The notes: a model not told the origin generated them from the letters alone. 64,000 nt of DNA from Halobacteriovoraceae bacterium (GCA_963719505.1 CAVRCF010000001.1:704001-768000); one strand, 5' to 3'. Shown: positions 10,790 through 20,927, counted from the stretch's first letter. Numbers and translations are program-made.

Positions 10790-11795
10790 TTTTTCTCTCT
10801 TTAGTTTTAAACATTATTCTTTTTAAGGTATCAATATTTCTTCCTGATACAGAAGATATTGGAAGAACTTTCTTATCGAGGTGCTCTTCCATAAATTTTT
10901 GATATTCAGCAATTTCTTCTTCACTCATTGCATCTATTTTCGTGAGGCAGATAATCTCTGGCTTGTTATAGAATTGTTCGTGATCGTATTTTAATAACTC
11001 ATTTCTAATCACGGCATAATCACCCATTGCCTCTTCTGGATCAACGAGCATCGAACAGTCAATCATATGAACGAGAGCACTTGTTCTTTCAATATGCTTT
11101 AAAAATGTATGGCCTAAGCCTTTACCTTCGCTGGCGTCTTCGATAAGACCTGGTATGTCAGCGACGACAATTGAATTTTCATTATCAACTTTAACGACAC
11201 CAAGATTTGGCTCAAGAGTAGTAAAAGGGTAGTCGGCAATTTTAGGTCTTGAATTTGAGATCGCTGAGATAAGCGTCGACTTTCCAGCATTTGGAAGTCC
11301 TACCAAAGCGATGTCAGCTATAAGCTTGAGTTCAAGTCTAATAGGGATCGTGATCCCCGGTTGACCAGCTTGAGCTTTTCTTGGAGCTTGATTGGTTGGT
11401 GTTTTAAAATATGTATTGCCAAGTCCACCACGTCCACCTTCTGCCAAAAGTTTTCTTTGGCCATGCTCTGTGATGTCATCGATAAGTGTGCCGTCTTCAG
11501 AGTTAAAAATAAGGGTTCCAACTGGAACCTTGATAATATAGTCAGCCCCTGTTGCGCCGTCCATTTGAGAGCCTTGACCGCCTCCACCATTGGATGCTTT
11601 ATAGACTTTTCTTCCTCTAAAGTTCACAAGAGTATTGATATTCTCATCACCTTCAAAGAAGACGCTTCCGCCATTTGCCCCATTGCCGCCATCAGGACCA
11701 CCATAGGGAACAAATTTCTCGCGTCGAAAACTAACTTTACCATCGCCACCGTCACCGGAGCCGACCTCAATATTTACTTCATCTATAAATCTCAT
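10782..11795 (-). CDS. obgE: GTPase ObgE/CgtA
   Basis: FRREKFVPYGGPDGGNG, GLPNAGKST, YPFTT, DIPG, TKID. Confidence 0.98.
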   Translation of the reverse strand: MRFIDEVNIEVGSGDGGDGKVSFRREKFVPYGGPDGGNGANGGSVFFEGDENINTLVNFRGRKVYKASNGGGGQGSQMDGATGADYIIKVPVGTLIFNSEDGTLIDDITEHGQRKLLAEGGRGGLGNTYFKTPTNQAPRKAQAGQPGITIPIRLELKLIADIALVGLPNAGKSTLISAISNSRPKIADYPFTTLEPNLGVVKVDNENSIVVADIPGLIEDASEGKGLGHTFLKHIERTSALVHMIDCSMLVDPEEAMGDYAVIRNELLKYDHEQFYNKPEIICLTKIDAMSEEEIAEYQKFMEEHLDKKVLPISSVSGRNIDTLKRIMFKTKERKNE

Positions 11796-11875
11796 TGGGG
11801 GGGTTATAAGCTACACTGCACCATATGTGAAGAAATATATAATGGTTTACAGTAATAAATACCTAAAATTACAAA

Positions 11876-12793
11876 CTAAAATACAGACTTAAGCCCTAAA
11901 GAAGCTTTTCTTTCACCTAGGCTCTCATCTTCAATCTCCATTTGAGAAAACTCATATCTCACAACTAGGGACATATCTCTTTTCAAGTACTTAAAATTTA
12001 AGCCTGAATTAACTTGCGCCCCTTGATAATCCTCGATCTTAGATCCCGATGCATTTTTCTGGACTTTTAAACCCGCAAAAAGAGAAATATTATTATTTTT
12101 AAAGAACTCACTACTGGCGCCAACCTGAACACCATTAGATGCTGCTGTGTCAAATTCAACTCTATTGAGACTATCAAGCTCAAAGGAGAGAAGACTTTTA
12201 ATGTATGCACCAGCATTTAATCTAAAGCTTTTGAAGTTAAAAAACCTAAAAGCCGATACTTCGTAGTTAGTTTGGGTTTTATCACTAGCAATATTTTGAT
12301 CATCATCATTTGAATACTGATATCTTTCAAGCTTTAAGTTCACGCCATATGAAGAATTTCTCTCGTAAGTGGCAATGAGATACTGAGAAAGGTCTGAATA
12401 AACATTTGCTTTATTAACTGATTGAGTGTGATGAAAAGTTCCAAGTTCAAGATCAAATTGATTTGATGAGGGGCTAAGTTTTGAATCATTTAGCTGTGAA
12501 TTCATAGTCGTTGGAGCCTGTGCTAATTGCTCAGAAGGCTCCTCATTTTCTTGAGACGTGCCTTTAGATATATAATAAACTTTTCCAACTGGAAGTTTCT
12601 TGGCACTTTCCCACGTGAGGTTATTAAAGTCTAAAATTTCTCTAATTCCCTGGGTATCGTTTTTACTTTCAATATAATTATTTCTGATGAGTGATTTTGA
12701 AATCGAGTCACCATAAAAATCCAAGGTGTATGATATCTTTGCAGCTTGAACACTTATAGTCGTTAGGGCACAAAGTACTGTTGTTAGTTTCAT
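11876..12793 (-). CDS. Exported protein: LysM-like N-domain, linker, C-terminal beta-barrel
   Basis: Signal peptide; GDSISK...ILDFNNL...KLPVGKVYYI (LysM-like); amphipathic strands ending LGLKSVF; ATGA overlap with upstream gene. Confidence 0.6.
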   Translation of the reverse strand: MKLTTVLCALTTISVQAAKISYTLDFYGDSISKSLIRNNYIESKNDTQGIREILDFNNLTWESAKKLPVGKVYYISKGTSQENEEPSEQLAQAPTTMNSQLNDSKLSPSSNQFDLELGTFHHTQSVNKANVYSDLSQYLIATYERNSSYGVNLKLERYQYSNDDDQNIASDKTQTNYEVSAFRFFNFKSFRLNAGAYIKSLLSFELDSLNRVEFDTAASNGVQVGASSEFFKNNNISLFAGLKVQKNASGSKIEDYQGAQVNSGLNFKYLKRDMSLVVRYEFSQMEIEDESLGERKASLGLKSVF

Positions 12794-14538
12794 AAGTTAA
12801 ATCCAAATAAAAGAGTTTCATCATTATTAGCACCAAAGTTATCATTCTTTGGCTCATACCAAGCAGCTGCTTTAACAGAGACTTTAATAATTGACCCTGC
12901 TGGGAGGTTTGTCATTCTCAACTTATATGGAGCATCTTCGTTAGAGCCTGACCTTGTTAAAGTTCCTTGAACCTTAGTTCCATTTGGCTTTGTGACTTCA
13001 ACTGAACCAGCTGAAATCGATGCAAGGGCTAACCATTCAGTTTCGACGTTTAGGGCATATGTATTTTTCATTTTTGCTCTAGGTAAAAATGGTGCGGAAC
13101 CATATCCATCAGCATCTGCAGTGCTTACAGCTTGAATTGGTTTATCAGATTTAATCCTTACTGATAGTGCTTTGTATCTATCTCCAGTGCCTTCAGGAGA
13201 GACCTTAAAGAGGTTCGCTAAATTTGTAAAAGTATGACTAAAAACCACATCGTTAGAGTGAACTCCGTCAAGAACTGTTCCATTGGTAGAAGCTGATACG
13301 TAACCCGATCGACTTGGAATTCCAATGATATCAGTTGAATTTGGAAGTATTGGTCTTGGGTCTTGTATTTGGTTATTAGAGTTTGTCGTTGATATTAAAT
13401 AAGCACTAAAGACTCCATCCGCTTGAAGCTGATAATTTCCATTATTAGGAAGTCTGATTGTACTTCCGCTATCTTTAGCGATTGCAACAGTTTCAATTGT
13501 CGTTGTCCCATTTTTAATAGTTAAGTTGATGTCTTCGAAAGCTGCAATCGATAAGTCGTGTCCAGCAGATCTCGATGCTGAAAAACTAAATTTAGTATCT
13601 GCCCAGTCCTGAGTGGTCCAAACAATATTTCCCTTTTTGTTATCACTTCCAGAACCTTTTCTTCCAGCAACATAAAAAGCAGAGCTAGAACTAATCTTAT
13701 CCATTTTGGCACTTGAAAAGTTATGCACTTCACCTGCCTGAAGAGTGGCCATTAAGTTTCCATTTAAATAAAAATCACCATCTTCAATAGCGACTAATGC
13801 ACTAGCTGTGGCACCTGCGATATTGAATGCCTTAATATCATCTTTAAAAAAATCATTATCAGGAAGTGTTCTTCTAGTCACAGTGCTTTCGTCTGAGTAG
13901 TTTCCGTTACTAGCTCTGACTCTAAAATTATACAGAGTCGATGCTTCTAAGTTTTCGATAGTAGCGTTTAAATCTTGAACAGGGTTTCCAGAAAATGAGC
14001 TCCACGATGATTCGCCATCTCTTTTGAACTCTAGGACATAACCTTTAAGGGGGAGAGTGGATGAACCATCTGCTTTATTCCAGCTTAACTCCATTTGCTT
14101 AATTCCGGTTTTCGCAACATCTATATGTGTTGCCACTGTTGGAGAGCTGGTATCAATGTTTAAAGTTAATATAACTTCTTTAGTCTTTTCAATATTTATT
14201 GCTTTAACAGAGATCTCAAGCTGTTTATTGCTGGGTGATTGAAAGTTTAAGTTAGCAGAGAACTTATCTTGCTCACAATTAACTGAAACGGGACTATTTA
14301 TAAGATCATCTTGAGTGAAGATAATTGTTTTAGCTTCTGAACAATTACCGGTAACTGTTACGTTTTTCCCAATTGTACTTGAATCCTCTGGACTTAATAC
14401 AACTAAGTCTGGTGCCACTTCAGCTGGAAGTATATTTCCGATAGTGTCCGAGTTATTACTCTTTCCATCATAAAAAATATTATTTTTGGATCCACATGAA
14501 ATAAGAGAAAATAGAAATAGTAAGTAGGCAATCTTCAT
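12790..14538 (-). CDS. Surface lipoprotein with Ig-like and fibronectin type III domains and a beta-rich C-terminal region (IgGFc-binding-like)
   Basis: Lipobox LISC; FN3 pattern LSW...GYVLEFK...IENLEASTLYNFRVRASNG; IKSDKPIQAV; AAGGAG RBS. Confidence 0.7.
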   Translation of the reverse strand: MKIAYLLFLFSLISCGSKNNIFYDGKSNNSDTIGNILPAEVAPDLVVLSPEDSSTIGKNVTVTGNCSEAKTIIFTQDDLINSPVSVNCEQDKFSANLNFQSPSNKQLEISVKAINIEKTKEVILTLNIDTSSPTVATHIDVAKTGIKQMELSWNKADGSSTLPLKGYVLEFKRDGESSWSSFSGNPVQDLNATIENLEASTLYNFRVRASNGNYSDESTVTRRTLPDNDFFKDDIKAFNIAGATASALVAIEDGDFYLNGNLMATLQAGEVHNFSSAKMDKISSSSAFYVAGRKGSGSDNKKGNIVWTTQDWADTKFSFSASRSAGHDLSIAAFEDINLTIKNGTTTIETVAIAKDSGSTIRLPNNGNYQLQADGVFSAYLISTTNSNNQIQDPRPILPNSTDIIGIPSRSGYVSASTNGTVLDGVHSNDVVFSHTFTNLANLFKVSPEGTGDRYKALSVRIKSDKPIQAVSTADADGYGSAPFLPRAKMKNTYALNVETEWLALASISAGSVEVTKPNGTKVQGTLTRSGSNEDAPYKLRMTNLPAGSIIKVSVKAAAWYEPKNDNFGANNDETLLFGFNL

Positions 14539-14569
14539 AAACAGTCTCCTTAAGAACTACTTAAGTTTT

Positions 14570-14671
14570 TGCAATGACCATACCAATTTCTTTACGTGAA
14601 ATCAGGGGGTTGAAGAATTTGCCGATGTCAAACTGACTCTTTATTGATAAAATTGTCCATGATTTGGACAA
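14570..14671 (-). promoter_or_regulatory. sigma54 promoter with IHF site and upstream activator boxes
   Basis: TGGTAT-GGTCA-TTGCA at 14585-14570; AATCAGGGGGTTG at 14600-14612 (perfect IHF consensus); box AGAGTCAGTTTGACATC at 14640-14624; palindrome TTGTCCA-N5-TGGACAA at 14653-14671. Confidence 0.75.
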
Positions 14672-14699
14672 AAAAAAGCCCTCTATTTCTAGAGGGCTT
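14670..14699 (-). terminator. Rho-independent terminator of rplU-rpmA
   Basis: AAGCCCTCTA-GAAA-TAGAGGGC followed by T8 on the minus strand. Confidence 0.92.
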
Positions 14700-14722
14700 A
14701 GATATTTCTAATAATATTAAAA

Positions 14723-14977
14723 TTATGCAGTTATTACAGAAACCATTTTAACTTTTTTGCTGTAGTTAGAAAATTTAACTTTTCCTTCTTCCAATGCAAA
14801 AAGAGTAAAGTCTCTACCCATTTTTACACCTGGACCAGCATGAAATTTTGTTCCTTTTTGACGAACAATAATGTTTCCACAAATTACTGATTCACCGCCG
14901 TACTTCTTAACACCTCTCATTTTTGGGTTAGAGTCACGACCGTTACTAGTACTACCACCTGATTTCTTGTGAGCCAT
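14723..14977 (-). CDS. rpmA: 50S ribosomal protein L27
   Basis: [26 protein letters not shown]. Confidence 0.99.
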   Translation of the reverse strand: MAHKKSGGSTSNGRDSNPKMRGVKKYGGESVICGNIIVRQKGTKFHAGPGVKMGRDFTLFALEEGKVKFSNYSKKVKMVSVITA

Positions 14978-15000
14978 ATCTTTTTCCTTTCTTTTTTAAA

Positions 15001-15306
15001 TTATGCTTTAATACCTGTAATTTTTAAAGCTGTGTAATGTTGTCTGTGACCATTTTTCTTTTTGTATTTACCTGGTTTTCTCACAGAAACGATAACTTTT
15101 CTTGAACGCGCTTGTCTGATGATTTCAGCAGAAACAACCGCTCCAGCAACAGCTGGCATTCCAACCTTTGGTGCATCTCCACCAATGAAAAGAACATTAT
15201 CTAATTCAACTTTTGCACCAATCTCACCTTCAAGTTTTTGAACGTCAACAACGTCACCCTCTTGAACACGATACTGATGACCTTTAATCTCAACAATTCC
15301 GTACAT
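15001..15306 (-). CDS. rplU: 50S ribosomal protein L21
   Basis: MYGIVEIKGHQYRV, GHRQHYT. Confidence 0.99.
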   Translation of the reverse strand: MYGIVEIKGHQYRVQEGDVVDVQKLEGEIGAKVELDNVLFIGGDAPKVGMPAVAGAVVSAEIIRQARSRKVIVSVRKPGKYKKKNGHRQHYTALKITGIKA

Positions 15307-15489
15307 TTTAACTCCTTAATACGACTAGCTAGGAGAGAAGTTATAAAAACTCTTCTTATTGGCCCTAGACCAGATCTTTTTTTGAACTTTATCTTTTAAT
15401 GTTTGGCAGCGTCTTTGTCAATAAAATTAGTTATAACTATCGTTTATTGCTGCCTTGCGGAAGATTTTTCTCATTGGAGGTGGACCATT

Positions 15490-15516
15490 TTAGTCCATGA
15501 GCAGCAAGGTCGATAG
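15490..15516 (+). promoter_or_regulatory. Possible sigma28-type promoter
   Basis: TTAG-N15-GTCGATAG upstream of GGAGG RBS of ORF 15543. Confidence 0.4.
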
Positions 15517-15542
15517 AGAACTGAGATTAATCCGGAGGAAAA

Positions 15543-16325
15543 ATGACTAAACAAGTAAGCTATTTTCAATTTCAAAAGAGTCTTGGATACCCAGTTTTCG
15601 TAAGATTTGAAGATGAACAGCTTGAGTCCAATCTAGAATCTTTGGTGACATCGATGGGTTTTACCAAGCTTGAAGAAAATGAATTCAAAAAAATAGAGAT
15701 TATAAATGCCAAAACTCGAATTCTGAGCCTTGGCAAAGCCTCTTTAAAGGTCGCTAAGCAAATAGATGGACCTGGTCCTTTTGATGCTTACGGACCCGAG
15801 AGCACGACAGAATATCCCTCTTACAATGTTTACAGATATAAGCACTTTGGGGTGATCCTGTGCGGCCATAATACAGCGATGTGGCAAGCGGGAATAAAGA
15901 ACTGTGGACCAAAGTCGGTAGAGCTCAAAACCATCATCACAAGATTTATAAGCCTCGCCCTCGCACCTTTTGGAATTGTCAGCTTTTGGGGCGTACCTGT
16001 TGGAGAGGGATTTGTCATTATGAATCCAAAAGAGGCAAACTACGAGTCCATTATCGTGGATGTCGATAATAGATGTTTTATCTCTCAAGACGGAGTCGTG
16101 GCCATTGATTTTGAAACGAAAGTTTTAAGACTTGATGAAAGCTTGCATGGGAGAACGAGACAGATGTCCAAAGAAGAACTTGTGAGTTTTTTAAGTACAA
16201 GGACCTGTTACTTATCCAATAAAGGTCTGGATCACAGATTAAAGTCATCCATTTATCAATTGGTGAAGCAAGTTGAAGGTGTCGTTTATCCTGTTGAGAA
16301 CTTTAAGCCTAGGGCAGCTGCTTAA
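15543..16325 (+). CDS. Hypothetical cytoplasmic protein
   Basis: 260 aa ORF with GGAGG RBS; no confident motif. Confidence 0.7.
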   Translation: MTKQVSYFQFQKSLGYPVFVRFEDEQLESNLESLVTSMGFTKLEENEFKKIEIINAKTRILSLGKASLKVAKQIDGPGPFDAYGPESTTEYPSYNVYRYKHFGVILCGHNTAMWQAGIKNCGPKSVELKTIITRFISLALAPFGIVSFWGVPVGEGFVIMNPKEANYESIIVDVDNRCFISQDGVVAIDFETKVLRLDESLHGRTRQMSKEELVSFLSTRTCYLSNKGLDHRLKSSIYQLVKQVEGVVYPVENFKPRAAA

Positions 16326-16843
16326 ATTTCAGCCTCAACCATTTTCTTCATTAACAGAGTAAAAGAGCTTTTAAATTTTGTTTTTGCGTCATAAGCGGAA
16401 TAGAAGATTGGAAAGCATGTGATCGTACACGCTCCAGAGTAGACGTGATTAATACCCTTTTTATTTTCCCAAATATACAAAGCTGATTCTTCGTTTTTTT
16501 TATACTTATCTTGTAACCCATATCTGTTGATAAGTGATTGATGAAAAACATCATGTAAAAAGTAGTGGGGCAGTCGCGCGTGAAAGTCTGTTATTTTCGA
16601 GTCTACCACTTGAACTAAGGTCACAAACTTATAACGAATATGGGCGACATAAAACTTGTACGTTGTGGCTTCTTTATCCTTGCCAACCACCTCTGGACTA
16701 TATTTTTTAAGCAAAGGGGCAATCTCATTTCCAGGCATGAATTCTTGGAATTTATCCACACTAAAGTCGTAGTTTGGAGCCTCGACCAAGGCTTGAACTG
16801 GTGCACAGATGAGAATAAATAAAATAGCTAGAAAATCTTTCAT
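16322..16843 (-). CDS. Secreted hypothetical protein
   Basis: Signal peptide MKDFLAILFILICAPVQA; CTITC motif. Confidence 0.7.
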   Translation of the reverse strand: MKDFLAILFILICAPVQALVEAPNYDFSVDKFQEFMPGNEIAPLLKKYSPEVVGKDKEATTYKFYVAHIRYKFVTLVQVVDSKITDFHARLPHYFLHDVFHQSLINRYGLQDKYKKNEESALYIWENKKGINHVYSGACTITCFPIFYSAYDAKTKFKSSFTLLMKKMVEAEI

Positions 16844-17048
16844 TGCAGCCTATAATACACCTATTAAGTGACTGTTTTCTTGAAACGGCATCATTTTCTC
16901 TTCAGTAATTCGACCCTTTCATTGTATAATATACCTGAGGGTTTTGGGTTTTTACAAAGTTAAAATGACAGAAGACTTTAAATCGTAAATAATGGTTTTT
17001 ACTTAGATTTGTAAAACGGAAGTCCCATAAAAAAACTAGGAGTGGTTT

Positions 17049-18521
17049 GTGAAAAGGACAATAATTTCATTGAGCGCTATTGCATTACTAGCTATTGGTT
17101 GTGCCTCAACTAAAGTTGATGACAACGCTGAACTAACTGAAGCGAAGCCCAAAAAAATAAGAGTACAAAAGCATATTGTCGATAAAGCTCTGCCGAGCTG
17201 TCATTCCTGTATTCTAGGAAGTTCTGGTGATGAAGAGCTTAAGACCACAGATAAAAAGCTTTACTATATTTATGGAGCTGAAGAATTAAAGCTCCATAAT
17301 ACCTATTTCGATATACCTGTGGTTTATAATGATGCAACAAAAATGTGGATTAAGTATTTCACTGGTAGAGGAAGAGAGCTTTTTGCAAGATATGCCAAAA
17401 GATCGGGAAGATATGCGCCAGTACTTTCTAAAATCTTAAATGACCAAGGCTTACCAAGAGATCTTATTTATCTTGCAATGGCGGAGAGTGGATTTCAAAA
17501 TATGGCAAGGTCTTGGGCAAAGGCCGTTGGACCTTGGCAGTTTATGCCTTTTACAGGAAAGAGATTTGGCCTCGAGGTTGAATTTTTTCTCGATGAAAGA
17601 CGTGATCCCCTAAAGGCGACAGTAGCTTCTAGTATGTACCTTAGAGACTTGTTTAAAGAGTTTGGCTCTTGGGAACTGGCCATGGCAAGTTACAATGCCG
17701 GCGAAGGAAAGATGAGAAGAGCGATCAGGCGCTATAGAACAAAAAACTTTTGGAAGATTAGAAAAGGAAGATACCTAAGACCTGAGACAAAAAACTACGT
17801 TCCTAAAATAATGGCCTTAGCTATTATTGGTAAAAACCTAAGCTCTTTTGGATTTGATATTGAATTCGATAAGGCGCTTGATTTTGAAGAAGTAACAGTT
17901 CCTGGTAATGCTGACCTTTATAAAATTGCTCAAGCCCTTGATATGGACTTTGAAGAAGTGAAAAAATTTAATCCTGAACTTATACGGTGGCAGACACCTC
18001 CAAAGTTAGATGAGTATGTTCTAAGACTTCCTGTGGGGATGAAAGCTCAGTGGGATAAAGTCAAAGAAACGGCACAGGTAGCTGCAACAAATTATAAAGT
18101 CTATCAATTGCGAGGGTATGCAAGCTTAAAGCAAGTCGCGAGAAAATTTAAAGTTCCGGCAAAGGTTCTAGCGAAAATAAATGATATCCCTGCAGATAAA
18201 AAGCTTTTTCCTAAAACGGCCATCTACCTTCCTTTTCACGAAGATCATGTCGCTAAAAAGGAGAAACTCTACTCTGATCTCTACGAGAAACCTCGTAAAA
18301 GTGTTGTTAGACGTAGAACCTACCAGCGATGGGTAAAGAGGGGGCGTGCACGTGGTGAAAAAATTGAGAGTCCAAAACAGTTTTATATCGTCAAAAAAGG
18401 TGATACTCTTTGGAATATCGCCAGAAAAACAGGTGTGAATATCAACACCATTATTCGTTCCAATTATAAGTTGGTTAAACGCAGAATGATTCTTCCTGGT
18501 GATAAATTAGCAATTCGTTAG
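17049..18521 (+). CDS. MltD-like lytic transglycosylase lipoprotein (SLT + LysM)
   Basis: Lipobox LAIGC; AMAESGF catalytic Glu; AVGPWQFMPFTG; ASYNAGEG; ETKNYVPK; C-terminal LysM YIVKKGDTLWNIARK. Confidence 0.92.
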   Translation: MKRTIISLSAIALLAIGCASTKVDDNAELTEAKPKKIRVQKHIVDKALPSCHSCILGSSGDEELKTTDKKLYYIYGAEELKLHNTYFDIPVVYNDATKMWIKYFTGRGRELFARYAKRSGRYAPVLSKILNDQGLPRDLIYLAMAESGFQNMARSWAKAVGPWQFMPFTGKRFGLEVEFFLDERRDPLKATVASSMYLRDLFKEFGSWELAMASYNAGEGKMRRAIRRYRTKNFWKIRKGRYLRPETKNYVPKIMALAIIGKNLSSFGFDIEFDKALDFEEVTVPGNADLYKIAQALDMDFEEVKKFNPELIRWQTPPKLDEYVLRLPVGMKAQWDKVKETAQVAATNYKVYQLRGYASLKQVARKFKVPAKVLAKINDIPADKKLFPKTAIYLPFHEDHVAKKEKLYSDLYEKPRKSVVRRRTYQRWVKRGRARGEKIESPKQFYIVKKGDTLWNIARKTGVNINTIIRSNYKLVKRRMILPGDKLAIR

Positions 18522-18542
18522 TGGTGTTATCCTGGAGAAAAA

Positions 18543-19664
18543 ATGGCAGGTTTTGGGTTACGGGCCTTAAAAAAAGTTCAAGAAGACGAGAATACAAAAC
18601 AGTCTAGAATCTATTCCAAACATATTGTTTATGGCGATAATTTTTATGCTGCACTCGCTTATCTTAAGCTTGTGGAGATCCATGGAATGGAGAGTGTGAA
18701 GCTCATCTCCTCTCGTCTTATCTCAAAAGATTCTATAGAGGGGGAATTAAAATGCTCTCTTAGTACCTTGAGGTCTGAAGAAGTTGCCAACACTCTCATC
18801 ACTATGGCTCCAGAGTTAGAAATATTTCCAGTTGATTCAGAAAACGTTTTTTATAAAGATACAAAATTTCATAAATTTGGTGGAAGAGCAAAGCCTCATG
18901 AACTTAAAGAGGATGAGGACTTTTTTGCCAATAGTGCTTTTCATATAAAGCTTATGAATCTTTTCACTTCGCAGCAGCTGGAGAGTCTAGATGAGACGTT
19001 AGAGAAAAATACTCTCGTCAAATACATAGACTCTATTCAAAAAAATACTCCTTCAGATTTAGTCGAAGTGACAAACTATAAATTAAAAACAGGTGAAGCT
19101 GAAACGATTGAATGCGAAAAACTCTATTGGTGTGAATCACCTAAACTCTTTTATAAGAAAGTAGAAAATAAAGACTCACTTGCCGATCAAGTTGGAGCTT
19201 ATTGTACGGCCTTAGAACATAGAATCGGTTTAACGGTTTATATGGAACTTAAAGGTGAGCTTTATGAGGGGGAGGGGAATGTGTTCCTTCCACAAAGTGT
19301 GACGTATGAGCTTGGACATTTTATTGCTGAGTTTAAAAAATACAATCCAGAAAGTAATACTCAAGAGTTCGCCTGCATGATGTTCGTTGATGAAGATGAA
19401 GTGAATGAGGAAGATTTAGCTAAAAAAATTAAACTCATGAAGCGAGTCATTGGAAGAGTCTTTTCTGACTTTGAAAAAATTGAATACAAAGAGAGAATTC
19501 AATACGATCGTGAAGTTCTCATCAATAAAACTGATGACTCACTTATTGATAGCAAGGTGAATGTTGAGTTTATTGGCCCTGGAGCTCCCCTTTATAAAGA
19601 CGAGTATAAGGAGTTCAAGCATTTAGGAAGAGGACTTATTTCTTTGAAGAGTCTAGAAGCTTAA
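18543..19664 (+). CDS. Hypothetical protein, possibly a degenerate FAD-binding fold
   Basis: 373 aa ORF with GGAG RBS; HIVYGDNFYAALAY resembles a decayed Rossmann loop. Confidence 0.6.
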   Translation: MAGFGLRALKKVQEDENTKQSRIYSKHIVYGDNFYAALAYLKLVEIHGMESVKLISSRLISKDSIEGELKCSLSTLRSEEVANTLITMAPELEIFPVDSENVFYKDTKFHKFGGRAKPHELKEDEDFFANSAFHIKLMNLFTSQQLESLDETLEKNTLVKYIDSIQKNTPSDLVEVTNYKLKTGEAETIECEKLYWCESPKLFYKKVENKDSLADQVGAYCTALEHRIGLTVYMELKGELYEGEGNVFLPQSVTYELGHFIAEFKKYNPESNTQEFACMMFVDEDEVNEEDLAKKIKLMKRVIGRVFSDFEKIEYKERIQYDREVLINKTDDSLIDSKVNVEFIGPGAPLYKDEYKEFKHLGRGLISLKSLEA

Positions 19665-20067
19665 GCGGTCTTCTCTTTAAACCTTCTCTGTCGACAAATT
19701 GTAATCCAAGATTTTTATCTTTTTGCTTAAACACATACATTTGTAGAGGGATCCAGTGATATGAAGCATCTAAGTGGATAGCGTTATCATCGAAGGACCA
19801 ATTTCCTCTATCAGCTTCCTTACCTTTAAATTGGTAAATGAACTTTCCACCTTTATAAAGATAGATTTTTATTTTTCCTCTATAGTAGTATGAGTCCTCT
19901 AACCATTTATCATTATCGAGATCACTGAGTTCAACACTTTTATCATTAATTGTGACATCAAAGTCTTCGACAGTTGCGGGTTGAAAAGAACTTTTAGAAT
20001 CGAGATCCTTTTGACCACAAGACATAAGAGTGGTCAAAAAAATGGTGAGGATAAAAATTAGTTTCAT
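19636..20067 (-). CDS. Hypothetical lipoprotein
   Basis: Lipobox LMSC; beta-rich; ATGA overlap with bfr. Confidence 0.7.
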   Translation of the reverse strand: MKLIFILTIFLTTLMSCGQKDLDSKSSFQPATVEDFDVTINDKSVELSDLDNDKWLEDSYYYRGKIKIYLYKGGKFIYQFKGKEADRGNWSFDDNAIHLDASYHWIPLQMYVFKQKDKNLGLQFVDREGLKRRPLKLLDSSKK

Positions 20068-20546
20068 AGCGCTTTGTCTGGATTCATTTGAGATTGAATA
20101 AAATTCTTCTCGCCGATTTTCGCTAGAAGACTTTGTTGAGTTTCCAACCAGTCGATATGCTCTTCTTCAGAGGCCAAGATTGATGCGAGTAAGTCACGAG
20201 AGACGTAATCTTTTTCGTTTTCTGCGAGCTCAATACTGTCTTTTAAAAATGGAACTGCTTCGTGCTCAACGGCCAAGTCGGCTTTGAGAACTTCTTCGAT
20301 ATTTTGACCAATTTTAATTTTTCCAAGTTTTTGAAGATTTGGAAGGCCCTCAAGAAAAAGAATTCTCTTAATCAGCTCATCCGCATGTTTCATCTCATCA
20401 ATAGAGGCGTCGTATTCTAATTTTCCAAGCTTTACCATGCCCCAATCTTCAAGCATTCTGGCGTGGAGAAAATATTGATTTATTGCTGTTAGTTCTTTTG
20501 TTAAAACACCATTAAGTGCTTCGATAACTTTTGGGCTACCTTTCAT
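20064..20546 (-). CDS. bfr: Bacterioferritin
   Basis: MKG...ELTAINQYFLH, SIDEMKHAD, RILFLEG, EEEHIDWLE. Confidence 0.98.
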   Translation of the reverse strand: MKGSPKVIEALNGVLTKELTAINQYFLHARMLEDWGMVKLGKLEYDASIDEMKHADELIKRILFLEGLPNLQKLGKIKIGQNIEEVLKADLAVEHEAVPFLKDSIELAENEKDYVSRDLLASILASEEEHIDWLETQQSLLAKIGEKNFIQSQMNPDKAL

Positions 20547-20586
20547 GAATACTCCGGTTTTCTCTTAAGAGATTAATACTGGAATA

Positions 20587-20799
20587 TTATTGAGAATTAC
20601 TTTCGTTTTGTCGAGGTTGGTTTTTAGAAATAGAGATGGTGTTATGAGTTTGTTTAATATGGTCAATAGCATCAACAACGCACTGACCACAATCTGATCC
20701 CACACCTAGGGCTTTAAGGATATCTCGAGTAGATGAGTTCGTGATCATCGCGTTCTCTATATCTTTATCTGAAATACCTTTGCAAATACATACGTACAT
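20587..20799 (-). CDS. bfd: Bacterioferritin-associated [2Fe-2S] ferredoxin
   Basis: MYVCICKG...CGQC; immediately upstream of bfr. Confidence 0.95.
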   Translation of the reverse strand: MYVCICKGISDKDIENAMITNSSTRDILKALGVGSDCGQCVVDAIDHIKQTHNTISISKNQPRQNESNSQ

Positions 20800-20829
20800 T
20801 TGTGTCTCTCCTGAGATTTACTATATACT

Positions 20830-20900
20830 ATATCGGTTTCGTATATCAAACAATTAATTTATTAATGGAACTTTTTTTAGTGTGGGCTAACATGTTGATT
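20830..20900 (-). promoter_or_regulatory. Possible sigma28-type promoter and IHF site upstream of bfd
   Basis: TAAT-N15-ACCGATAT (20856-20830); AATCAACATGTTA (20900-20888) matches the IHF consensus. Confidence 0.4.
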
Positions 20901-20927
20901 TTGCGTTGCGGCGCGCATAACTAAGGC

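Noticed and set aside
15323-15368. Possible structured leader upstream of rplU
   Set aside because: Only an imperfect AT-rich hairpin; cannot be supported without covariation
15543-16325. Faint resemblance to HPr-kinase-related proteins (SFWGVPVGEGFVIM)
   Set aside because: No Walker A motif follows; too weak to call
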